A stretch of DNA of 64,000 nucleotides from Takakia lepidozioides (lineage: Eukaryota; Plantae; Bryophyta), in NCBI GenBank assembly GCA_030704615.1, contig CM060734.1, positions 62,248,001 through 62,312,000 of the forward strand. The letters run 5' to 3'. The position numbers and the translations under genes are program-made. Shown here in pieces: positions 53,085-64,000 of this stretch (within the stretch, counting starts at the first letter, position 1; every line of letters starts with the position of its first letter). Below the pieces are notes generated by a model. The model worked only from the letters and a program-made list of their open reading frames with translations, made no database searches and was not told where the DNA came from.

Positions 53085-53480
53085 TGATACCTTAACAGAG
53101 GTATAGTCTGAGGTTGCTAGGGTCCCTTATGTTGATGATACCTTTACAGAGGTATAGTCTGAAAATGAGGGTTCTGTTTGGTATACTAACAGAGGTATAG
53201 TCTGAGCTGATTAGGGTCCACATATGGTGATACCTCAACAGAGGTATAGTAAAAGGGACAAGCTCCTGTTTGGTATACTAACAGAGGTATAGTCTGAGCT
53301 GATTAGGGTTCACATATGGTGATACCTCAATAGAGGTATAGTAAAATGGACAAGCTCCTGTTTGGTATACTAACAGAGGTATAGTCTCACATTAGGGTTC
53401 ACATATGGTGATACCTCAACAGAGGTATAGTCAAAGGGACAAGCTCCTGTTTGGTATACTAACAGAGGTATAGTCTGAGC
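53085..53480. repeat. Nine-unit palindromic tandem array with ~92-bp dimeric period in the copy A leader
   Basis: Core A[C/T]AGAGGTATAGT at 53095, 53147, 53189, 53238, 53281, 53330, 53373, 53419 and 53462. Confidence 0.92.
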
Positions 53481-54788
53481 ATACACTACTAGGGTTTGTA
53501 ATGAAGAGCTAGAATGCAAGTCCTTGACTTCTATGCTTCTACTCAAGCAAAAATATGGTCTCTAGGTGGTCATAAGAGGCATCTTCTTGCTCTCTTCCAC
53601 CCCAATGTGCAACCAAGAGTGGTCCAACTCAACTTGCAAGTCATTGTCCACCAAATCAATCCCCCTTCTAGTCCTTGGGATTTGATTGCAAACTACCATA
53701 TCTCCATTGCCGAGCAATCATGCATTTGTCTCCTCATCACTTGACAATTGCTCCAAATCAACACAAATTATCTCAATGTGTAGGAGCAATGCTTGTCACT
53801 TACAATAATGCTCCCAAGCAATCCGCCTTGGATCCCACTCTCACGCCATATGCCTCATTTGGGGTCTTGCACCAATCCATCATCCATGTGCTCCCCGTGG
53901 TCATTTGAATGCATGTTTCATGACCTCTTGGCCTATGTGTTGCTCTCCTTCATCATAACATGAATCAACACCTCTCCACTTCACACACAAATGGATCTCA
54001 AAGGCCTTCACCTCTTGCTAGTTCAAGAGCTCCCCTTCTCAAACTTGAACTTACAAACTCAAGCGAGCATGCTCCACACATGCACCACTTGCTTGGTCAA
54101 CTATCCACCACAAAGCTCGCACTACCAAGAGCATGAATAGCCAAGTATTGCCTCCCCCTCTTGTCACATTACATAGTTAGGGTGAAGCTATGCATACATT
54201 GAATGATGATTTCCCTTCAAGGATTTCCCACCACATGTTCTCCAAGCCCTTCCAATGGCACCCTAAGCTTGGCTCCACACCACCATGATTGGAAGATTTC
54301 TTCACATGCTCCCTTTCAAAACCTCTTGAGCTTCTTAGTGCTCTCCAAGTGCTTGCCCTTGTTGTCTTCAAGCCCAAGCATATATAGCTCCTTGGCTTCT
54401 CTTCCACAACATCCACACTTTGAACTTGCTTAACCCTAGCTTGATAGTGAAATGAGCACTAACAAGCCTTTAGTCACTCTCCACAAGCCATGGCGCACAC
54501 CATCGACTCCATAATGCATACAAAGGATTCTCAAACCCTAGAATCCATGCTTCCACACACACAAGACTTCCTCCTTACAATCCTTGCAAAATCTTGTGAC
54601 TCAAGAGCTTTCTTCTCAAGCTCTCCAACTCCTTGGTGCATGCAATACTCGAGCACCTTTCCTTGCAACCCCTTGCAAGCCTTGTGATACAAGAGCTAAA
54701 TTCTCCTAGCTCTCAACCTCTTTAAAATACAAGTGCAAAACTAATCCTTACACTCCGCACTCACAAGCATAAGGTGATCTTCTTGTAG

Positions 54789-55200
54789 TGATAAGAGATG
54801 AGAAATGAGAGAAGTAGAAGACAATGAAAGCTCTCAAAGCATGAAGCAATCACATGAAGAACAAGCCCTAGTCCTTCCAAGTGAAATCCACTCTATCACA
54901 TAAACTAAGTCAAGCCAAGGGCACCTTTGCTAAAGGAATCCACCCTACAAAGCCCTCAACACACTCCCTCTCAATACCTAGAGCTATGGAGGTGAGAGAA
55001 GCTCATGGAGGCTCAACTACAAGAAGATGAGCCTCCTCAACACTCACAAGGGGAAAACCTATCTCCATGTCTCAAGTGAGGCTCGACACCTCACTTGGCA
55101 TGTGAGACCAAATGAAGTCCCAACACACAAAATATAAACTAAAATGTCCTAGTTAACTAGAAGTAGGTAATTCTAGATAACCATGACTAAAACCATGACA
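54789..55200 (-). repeat. 5' terminal repeat A1 of copy A
   Basis: TGTCATGG...CTTATCA, 412 bp, matches 44211-44618 apart from two short indels. Confidence 0.93.
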
Positions 55201-58200
55201 CCTCGGCTGGAGCACCAAATTGGCTAAGCACTCGATCTAAGAATGCAGATGCAGCCATTCACCTTCCTTGTAAGGCAATGTCACCAGTTCAATCCATTTG
55301 GAGAAATGTTCCACCATCACCAACACATACTTGTTATGGCGAATAGTTAGTGGCAATGGGCCTGCGAAGTCAAAACTCCAACGATAGCCCAAACCCATAA
55401 TGGGTAAAGGATGCAATTGTGGAGTAGGTGCATTGAAAGAAGCTCACACTCTATCACACACCATGCACCTTGCCATTAACTGTTACACATCCATGTGCAT
55501 GCCCCGCCCACCAATACTGTCCTTGCAGCAAACTATGAGTGCGCCGCACCCCAAAATGTCCCAACTCCTCATGGGCATGGCGTATCAATCGCGCTCGTTG
55601 TGTTGGATGAGGCATAATCCTCACTGGTCCATCCTCCCATACTCGGAGTAGGTGAGTCCCCTCCCACTTGAATCTCTTGGCTCGTTGTAGGACCCGATCT
55701 CTCTCCTTAGTAGTCACACTGGCTGTTGCCTCTCCGGTACGAAGGTATGCCAACACTGGTGCATCTTCATGGACATCCTTAGCACCACCAAACTCCTCAC
55801 TAGTCTCTGGATCGTCATGCACGCTATCTACATGATCTATCACATGGGATGGACTAGCTTGAGCTCCCATTGCTAGGATGCACAAAAAGGCATATGCATG
55901 CCATCCTGGCACCATCTCCTCATCCGTCTCACCATGCCACCGAGCTCCCGTATCATCATGCTCGCTCGTGCATAGATTACGCCTCAATCCATCTACAACC
56001 CGATGGACTATACCGGCTCGATGCACCACCTGGAAGTCATACTCTTGAAGCATAAGTGCCCACCGTGCAAGCTTCCATGTAAGCTTGTCTGACTCCATCA
56101 ACCACTTCAATGGTTGGTGATCCGTGACAAGGGTGAAGAGATTGCCATAGAGGTAGCATCTAAAATGTGTCACTGCCCATAGTGCAGCCAGACACTCCCC
56201 TTCATAGGAGCTATACTTCGCATTGGCATCATTGTTCGAGCGGCTAGCATATGCCACGACGAACTCTCTTCCCTCATCATCCACCTGTGTGAGCACTGCT
56301 CCAATCCCCAACATACTCCAATCCGTATGTAGTTGGAAAGACCGCCCCCGAATAGGTCGCCTCAGAATAGGTGCAGAAGTCAATCGAGCCTTGAGTTCCT
56401 CAAAGGCTTCCTCCTACTCCTCCTCCCACTGCCACTCCTGACCCACCTTGGTCAACTTGGTAAGAGCCTTTGCAATGCTGCGCTAATCCCTTGACAAACC
56501 GTCGATAGTAGTTTGCCAACCCCATGAAAGCACGAACTCTGCTTATATCTATGGGGCGTGGAATGCGTGCAATGGCCTCCACCTTTGTCTGTTGAACACC
56601 CAATCCTCCAGGGTATATCATATGGCCCAGATACTCAATCTGATCGTGGAAGAACTTGCACTTTCCAGGGTGCAGTTTCAATCCATGCGCCCTCAAACGC
56701 TTAAACACCACCTGAAGGTGTCTCTCATGCTCCTCAACCATGGCACTAAAGATGATGATATCATCAATGTAGCACCGGGCGAAGTCTAGCCCTGCAAGAA
56801 TCTTATCCATAACCCTTTGAAATTCCGCAGGAGCATTCTTCAACCCAAACGGTAGGAACCGCCATTGGTACAAGCAATCCTTCCCATGTTGGTCAATCCC
56901 CCAGAATGTCGTCTTTTGCTTGTTAGCCTCTTTGATTGGCAACTGGTGGTAACCGGATCGCAAGTCCAATGTGCTAAACATCTTTGCATGCCCAATGGCA
57001 TCAAAGATCTCCTCTGGAGTTGGCATGGCATATATATCGGACTTAGTCTGACGGTTCACAGGACGGTAGTCCCCACACATCCTCCTTTCTATCCAATTGC
57101 CATCGATATCATTCTTAGCTAGCATCACCGTTGCCAAGGCATACTCCCCGCCTGACAACACCACCAATCCAGCTTCGAACAACTCCCTAGTCCGTGAATG
57201 GATCAAAGACCTCTCCATGTCACTACACCGGTAGGGCCTTCGAAAGATTGGTGTGTCACTTGCCAAATCAATACAAATCTCCTGACCCTTCAAACTCCCC
57301 AAATCCTTCAAACCGAAGGTAAAGCAATTTCTATAAGCCCTTAGAAATTGCTGGATCCTCCGTCTCTCTCCTCCAATGACTGTAGATCCAACATCTGGTT
57401 CCCAATTGTCCTCAGTGACTACAACCTTGGGTACACCAGGCTTGGAGGTAGGAGACGCATCCTTTGGTTGCTAGATAGCAACCTCTTGGGCCTTGTCTGC
57501 CCATCCTGACTGTGGCGTAGCCTCCACTTGCTTCGCCATAGCCACCTTGAGAACATCCTCTGGGGAAGAAACATCTTCAACCTCTTCAAAAACCTTAGCC
57601 ACCTTGGCCTCCAACTGATCCTCAGTGTATGGCTCTCCCCACTCCTCATACTGCTGCTTGAGAGATCCAATGACTCTCTCTTTGCGCATCTTATCCCACA
57701 TCTTCCATGGGTGTTTGCACCCCATGATCATGTGCTCGCCCCCACTCACTGCCTCCACCGTCCCGGTTGGCATAGAGGGTGCAATATCCAATGGGAGAGC
57801 GGAAGTAGCCACCAATGCTTGCAATCTCCATTGTTCAGCCATACACAAGCCAATGACCCATGTCAAGCAATTGAGATCCATTGCCTGACCCATCACCTGA
57901 CATCGTGATGCCTCTGACAGAGCTGACACAGCTATAGTGCCCGTGGCAAATCCCATTGCCCGCTCTCGCTCATCCGTATTGGGCTCCATCAGTTGTTGTA
58001 GCACACTCTCCCAAATCAACCCAGGACCATTGTCTCGAAAAGCATGAGACAAGGGAAAGCTCATGAGCGTAGGCAAGGCTGCACGTGGCTGCCCAACTCG
58101 ATTTACCACTGCTCAGAGGTGGACGGTCATCATGTCGCACCCTCTGTGGTTGCCTCCCTTGGTCCAAAATGCCCTCAACTGTGAGATTGGGTGGCCGTTA

Positions 58201-58355
58201 AATGGAATCTTATGCTCTCTTGAGCAACTCTGGTGGTGCAAAATTGGTCTACCATACCTAGGCCTATGTGCCCATGAACCCACTGCAACTGCATCCAACA
58301 ATACAGCTGGTCCAATCCATGACCGGATCTGATGCACACTGGCCATAACTCTCAC
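55201..58355 (-). pseudogene. Copy B: DNMT C-terminal half, RT, RNase H, integrase N-terminus
   Basis: AHRPR, ERERAMGF, VMGQAMD; YIDD; TDWSMLGIG; HEELGH. Colinear with copy A; several frameshifts. Confidence 0.92.
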
Positions 58356-61068
58356 TAGAAGCATTCATGTCTTTTCCGAATCGACTGCATGTCCAAAACC
58401 ACTAAGGGAACAACTTTGAGATGTTTGTTACTACTGCACAGTCGTAACGGATAAATTCGCATTTCTAATGGCGGATAGAAGTTGCATCAATGACTCCGCA
58501 GTCAATGCAATATTCGCGGCGATTTAATTCAATTACGTAAATTGTTTTATTTTAAAAACAACAATTACAAGTGGTTTTAAGCACTAGAGAACGACTCTTA
58601 ACAACTAGGCATTCATTGCACACCCTATTCAAAAATGTGTCAAGTTAAATAAGCACAGTGTGAAAACAACTAGAATAAAGCTAGTTATTTGTATTTAACA
58701 CTTGGATTTAGGTCAAGTGTTAAATCAGGTGTCAAGTTTAGTTTGACACCTGAACTGCCTTATCTTCACGAGAGCGGCAGTCGCGCAGCTCATCTCTCTC
58801 GAGTTGAGCCTGCGTGACCGAGCTCCTTCATCGCTTCAGGACTGAGTGTGCTTGTGATGGGAGTGTAGGTTGTTGTGGGGTGGAGTCCCCATAGCTTGGG
58901 GTGCCCCTGGCTTGACTTCTATTTTAAAGAGTGATAGCGATGGATTCATGTTGTTTCTGGTGTGAATAGTGTGTCTCTATGCTTGTTTATCACTCGAGAG
59001 AGATGACCGTTATCTAGTGTGTTGGTGCTAAGCTAGATACAATGTTTGTTTTAGCATTATTATAATATATATCTTGGGGCGGGAGTCCATCTGGCCCTGC
59101 TGTTTCCATGGGCTGTGCGCGCAGATTTAGTTGTCGTCTCTGCTCGTGAGTTTGAAAACCAAGAGGTGTGGAGGTTGAAGACGTTGATAGTTGGCTTCCC
59201 TACTCTCTTTCACTTGGACGGAGGGAGACGAGACTTGTGTAAGCTTTGGATTCGGACCCAAAACAGTTGGGAGTGGCTAGATCACGAAGTGCAAACAGTT
59301 TGGGGTGGCATCATCCTGGTTGTGGTGGCTTCCTCTGGTGGAGGTGTTGCTGCTGCACCTGCCGGAGAAAAGGAGAAAATGTGCAGGAGTGTCGAGACTA
59401 AGTATGCAGACATAGGCAGTGAAATGAGAGGCCTGGTAGAGTGGATTGAGAGTTGGTTGCAATCTCCTTAGTGAAAGAAAATTTAATTTGCCGTGGAGAC
59501 ACAAGATGGTGGAGGATGGCGATGGCTGTGAGCTCGGTGTTGGCAGAGTGTGAGCATTGTGCTTCATCTCTGTCGGACGTTGTGTCCTCTTTGCTGATGC
59601 AGCTTTGACGACGGAGACTCAAGTGTCTGGCAATCCATTTCTTCTCGCTTGCACTTCCTGCGTTTCCTCTTTGCGATTGCGCGTTCTATGATGGAATGGC
59701 GGAGAAGGTGATGTAAGAGAAGTGTGGAGGTGTGGGGCTCGGGGGCAGCAAGGGAGTGAATGCTAATTGGATGGAGGCAGTCACAAGAAGGAAGCGTGGT
59801 AGAGTGCCTGGCAAGGTCGTGGCAATGCTGCCCAGTGCCTGCTCTCTGCAAATGTTGAGCGTTCATTCTTCAGCTTGAAACTGGGGTCGTGCTTCAACTT
59901 GCATGTGAGAAAGTAAGGAGGAGTGGGAAGAGGAGCATCTGGCTGGGTCGCGGTGCGTTGCTTTGGTACAGCAGAGAGAGGTAGTCCAGGGATGCCAGCA
60001 CGTCAAAGGCCTTTTCAATCTTACCTTGCAGCCTGATCCCGGAAGCCATCTCCATAACAAAGGCCCTGTTGTCCTTGAGCAGCGCAATCCCGTCAGTGGT
60101 CGGGTTCAGCAGCTCGATTGACCCCATTCGGGGTTGACGTTCATGCCCTTTTGAAGCTGGTTCCATGTCCAGCGCATGCTGTTGGAGCACCTGGTAGCCC
60201 ATCTACAATTGCAGTGGGGGCTGAGAGCTAGTGCCTTCGAGGATTGGCTGATGTTCGTTCGTGGGGGAAGGAGAGTGTGGCAAGCTCTACAGATGCGAAG
60301 GTTTAGCGAGGAGATGGCGATGGCTTCCGACGCAAGTGAAAGACTAAGAAGGTTTAAGGAGATTTGCTAATAAAGTGCAAATCGCAGCCTGGTGGAGTGA
60401 ATGCTCTACCTAATATCTGCCAGACTTGCGCATACTCTGGATTCCGTGGTCGCTCCTCATCTGTGGGAGACTGGAGTGTGCGTCTCGGGTTCCTGTCCCG
60501 GCGGTCACGGGTGTGCTACCAGGAGTTTGCTTCTCAAATATAAAAATGAAGGTGGCGAAGTATGTGCCTGCAAGTCGGTGATTGTCCCTCTCTCGATCTG
60601 ACCAACCAGGATTCAAGGGCGGCTTGTTCTGACCCCACTGTCTCGCCTTCTGTCTCTCTGGAAGACGCGGCCTGGTCTTCTTCACAGGCAAAAACAATGG
60701 TGATATAGGGACTTCCAATTGATTGCATTTCTTGGGGCGATCGTTGGTGGTCACCATCTGGTCTCGTGCGAACTTGGTTTGGAGTGCCTGGTCGTCAGTG
60801 AAGTGCTGCTCGTCAGGGATGTGCATGTCGCTGACTCCTTTGTCCCCTTTGATTGGGTCCAACTGAGCAGAGCCTTCGTCTTTGTTGCTCACCCTGGTCG
60901 TATCTTGTTTCACTAGAGTGTAGAGGTTGAGGGAAACCTATGGGGTGTGTTAGAGGACTGTCTGGGACTTAGGCACTTTTACGGGATCTGTGGGGTACCC
61001 TTAATTTTTGCATAGACTAAGACCAACAGGAGCCTTAGGGGTGACAGCAACGCACTTTAGGGGGAGAT

Positions 61069-61190
61069 ACACAGCCGACACAGCCGTCACAGTCCGACAC
61101 AGCCGTCACAGCCAGTCACAGCTCAACACAGCCCGACACAGCCCAACCTAGTCGCACAGCCAGTCACAGCTTGACACAACTGTCACGACC
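61069..61190. repeat. ~10-bp minisatellite (CACAGCCGTC / CACAGCCGAC type)
   Basis: About 11 degenerate CACAG units in tandem. Confidence 0.85.
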
Positions 61191-61723
61191 ATAGGGAACG
61201 GATAGCAGGACAGGGAACGACTGTGGGGAACAACATCTGCGAATGGAACATGTTACTTCACGGATGACGGTTAATGAGGGAAACGGTTAGAACAACGGGT
61301 AGGAAGATAAAGCCAGGAGCGAGGACTGGAAAAGGATCACTTCTTGGGGGACTTCGGACATCACTGGGGGGGAAATGAAGCGGAGAGCGCATCTCTGAGC
61401 AGAAAGAGGGAGAGCACGAAGAAGGAGGAGAAAGATCTGTTGATGCTTGATGAATGCAAGCAGTAGAGTTGTAATGTAGAGCAGATTAGAGATTCCATGG
61501 CTTCAGCCTGATACTTGATAGATATTAATCTGATACATACTTCATACTCACACTGTGTAGAGAGATCTGAGTGAAGCTGTGGAATGAATGGATGAGTTGA
61601 TGGAATCCGATAGATTGCTGAAGCAAACTGATACTTAAATACCAACAGTAAGGTAACTAGCTAACATGAATGCGGGAAGGAAAACAAATAGGAAACAACC
61701 CCATGATACACTAGCTGTAGGTC

Positions 61724-62419
61724 ATGACTGATTGTTCTGAGTGGGCTGAGTGCTTAGAGATTTCCAACTCTTCTATCTTGGAGTTCCCGCCTCGGATAGC
61801 GAAGGGATGGGTGTGTAAAAGCCGCGCGACATTTGGCGACCATACTGGGGAACAGGGTCATGAACAACCAAATGTGACAGGCATCTGGTGGGATCATGGT
61901 GGTTGGAGAATTAAAGAATTTGATGTGAATCAAATTCCTTATGAAACTGAGAAGGAAAGATTGTCCAAACGATTCTTTCAGAGGTTCTTGGAATTGCCAG
62001 ACGGTTGTAAAGAAAACATTCTTAAGAGAGTGCATGATGCTGACCCTGAATGGGGTCTGGAGAAAGGAGTGATAAAGATTTATCAGGTGGCCTGTAGAGG
62101 AAGAGCACGTTGGTTACCAACGTTGGTTTATGTGATAGCATTGCTATCCATTAAGCGAGTAGAGTTTGAAGGCTGGGAAGAAAGAAAGGTGAATGTTTAT
62201 ACTCATATGCATGAAGAGCTTGTACTGGTAAAGAATTGGATTCGAAAGGATATTTTGTGGATCAAACTCACACCAAGAACAACTTTCCAGACTTGTTTGC
62301 CATATGGTTATATGGTAACGGAGACTTCAAGTATAGCCAAGGGTGCATTGAAGCTTGAAAGAAACCCAGGCATATACGAGAGATATTACAGAAGAGAGTT
62401 TTGGTTATTGCCACATTAA
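61724..62419 (+). CDS. Unknown 231-aa ORF immediately upstream of gag (extra ORF of element C)
   Basis: ATG-initiated, protein-like composition, ends 21 bp before the gag ATG. Confidence 0.55.
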   Translation: MTDCSEWAECLEISNSSILEFPPRIAKGWVCKSRATFGDHTGEQGHEQPNVTGIWWDHGGWRIKEFDVNQIPYETEKERLSKRFFQRFLELPDGCKENILKRVHDADPEWGLEKGVIKIYQVACRGRARWLPTLVYVIALLSIKRVEFEGWEERKVNVYTHMHEELVLVKNWIRKDILWIKLTPRTTFQTCLPYGYMVTETSSIAKGALKLERNPGIYERYYRREFWLLPH

Positions 62420-62440
62420 AAGAAATGAAAGACATGGGAC

Positions 62441-63912
62441 ATGAGTGATGAAAGAGAAGCTAGACGCCAAAGATATTCAGCAAAAAGAGAAAGCTATTTG
62501 AAAGCTAATTATCCATATCTTTGGGAGAGAGGAATAGACATAGGGGAATCATATGGACCTCTCACACCATTAAGATCAAAGAGTACATCACCCATACCGG
62601 AAGAACTAGAGTTGGATGCCACTCCTTATGTTTCTTTGCAAGAGAGATTAAGGGAATTGGTACGAGAAGAAGATCAATCACGAGGTGAAAGATCTGAGGT
62701 ACATCCCTGGATAAAAGATTTGACAGAAATCTTTGATAAGAGTTGGCATGGAACACCGAAAGCAGGAACTCCAGTTTCTGAAGCGGAAGGTGAAGAAGGA
62801 GGAGAGGATGTGGCAGAGCCAACGGAGAGTTCAGACTCTCCAACACCATTGCAGTTGAGTTACATGAGTGAAGAAGAAACCCAAGGGCAGAACTTGGAGG
62901 ATGAAAACAGGGAGAAGAAATTGGAAGAGGAAGAATATGAAGAAGTAGACCCAACGGCTGAGGTTGAGACTACAACCAAGACATCCCAACCCGTTGGACC
63001 TGGATCAAGTGGAGCACTTGGATCACAGGCCAACGAAGGTGTCGGCTCAGGGGGATCAGGCGGGCTGCCTGGATCTGGCTCTGGGGGACAGGGAGTGTGG
63101 GAAGTAGTGCAACTGGAGCTGGGAATACTGTGAATATCGTGGGGCCAGTAGCAGGGAGTGTTCAAGGGCCACCACTTGGTGGAAGATCCACCACAACAAC
63201 AACAAGTCCTGAAGGACCAGCACCAGCAAGGGTGCCAGCACCTGTCAGTGGGCAGAAGGTAGGGCCACAGATGGCGTTACAACCAACACGGGCAAAACCA
63301 CCTTTTCCAATATATTCAGGAAAAGGGGATCCCGATGTACACATTAGCCAATTTGAGCACATGTGTATAGTGAACAATGAGAATGGCAATGATGCCAAGA
63401 TGAGATTGTTTCCTTGTTCACTTATCAAGAAAGCAAGTGAATGGTATGCAAGATTCCCTGATAATCATTTCCTAACCTGGAATGGCTTGAATACAACATT
63501 CCGAAATAGGTTCAGGACAAGTAAAACTGAGGATGAAGTGTATGGAAGTTTACAACAGTTAAAGCAAAAGAAGCATGAAACTGTTGAGGAGTATATGGAA
63601 AAGATGGAATTGATGATGAAAAAGCTGGCTGCTGTACCAGCACCATGTTTACAGAAGACTTGGTTTGTGAGTGGACTAAGACCAGAGTTGCAGAAGAAAG
63701 TGGATATGTTACCCCATAATACAGTGGAGACATTTGAAACTGCAAACAGAATTGAGCAATTGGGAATGCTCAGGAGAGAGAAAAAGGATGATGAGGACTC
63801 TGAGCACCACAATCCTGCAGAAACAAACGATTGCTACTCCACAGGCGGTACAGTTACTGAAGGAGCTGCGATTGGAAGGATTGCAAAGCAAAGATTGGAC
63901 ATTGCACCATAG
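62441..63912 (+). pseudogene. Ty3/gypsy Gag with long acidic and Gly-rich N-terminus, frameshifted near 63095
   Basis: FPIYSGKGDPDVHISQFE...LFPCSLIKKASEWY...TWNGLNTTFRNRF...LKQKKHETVEEY...WFVSGLRPEL (Retrotrans_gag pattern). Confidence 0.85.
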
Positions 63913-64000
63913 ACAGTACATGCGGTGAAGGGAGTTGAATTAGAAATTACTCCCCTATACCTACAGCAATTGTTTGAATTGCCATCAGGTCAGGTGCATG

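Larger units (their letters stand above)
44125..55200 (-). mobile_element. DNMT-carrying Ty3/gypsy copy A, complete (11.1 kb)
   Basis: TGTC...GACA termini, 4-bp TSD CCTC (44121-44124 and 55201-55204), gag-PR-DNMT-RT-RH-IN-PHD, split terminal direct repeats. Confidence 0.95.
43034..58355 (-). mobile_element. DNMT-carrying Ty3/gypsy copy B (43034-44124 plus 55201-58355), interrupted by copy A and 5'-truncated within the DNMT
   Basis: The integrase frame FGAPAE|VLTDQG is restored when 44125-55204 is removed. Terminal B repeat at 43034-43118. Confidence 0.92.
58638..64000 (+). mobile_element. Another Ty3/gypsy element (element C), running off the window; putative 5' repeat 58638-58992
   Basis: Gag at 62441-63912; upstream TGTC...TTATCA segment with the same self-complementary signature as copy A. 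Left boundary and linkage to the gag are inferred. Confidence 0.65.

Noticed and set aside
53085-53480. CRISPR-like appearance of the palindromic array
   Set aside because: The intervening sequences repeat rather than being unique spacers, there are no cas genes, and the context is a eukaryotic retrotransposon leader.
44125-55200. Classification as a DIRS/Ngaro/PAT element because of split repeats and a methyltransferase
   Set aside because: No tyrosine recombinase seen. It has a protease, a DDE integrase, a TSD and a C5-type rather than Dam-type MTase.
58353-58360. CACTAG at the point where copy B is truncated, as a possible CACTA terminus
   Set aside because: No matching terminal inverted repeat with TSD or transposase was identified; a 5-6 bp match is expected by chance.
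59564-60913. Minus-strand ORFs in the leader of element C
   Set aside because: Fragmentary with no recognisable motif; they may be a decayed antisense ORF but cannot be supported.

Overview
Eukaryotic, intron-containing nuclear DNA, most consistent with a non-seed land plant (bryophyte or lycophyte; inferred, not identifiable to species). Host genes: an intact F-box/kelch gene, a multi-exon augmin subunit 4 gene, and damaged fragments of MetAP2, DNA primase small subunit and mitoribosomal mL54. About two thirds of the window is transposon-derived: a decayed L1 LINE, a full-length chromovirus-type Ty3/gypsy element with an internal inversion, a solo-LTR fragment, two Crinkler-like REase-kinase pseudogenes, and a spliced beta-class N4C/N6A DNA methyltransferase relic. 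The most notable system is a Ty3/gypsy family (44125-55200, nested in a second copy at 43034-58355, with a third end at 13500). It encodes Gag-protease-C5 DNA methyltransferase, then a UAG-CAACCA stop shared by both copies that matches a readthrough signal, then RT-RNaseH-integrase-PHD. It has no tRNA PBS but a self-complementary priming signature. Its termini are split direct repeats (A1...B1-A2-B2) that fall at an internal palindrome, suggesting DDE integration from a circular intermediate. All calls come from reading the sequence; no searches were run.
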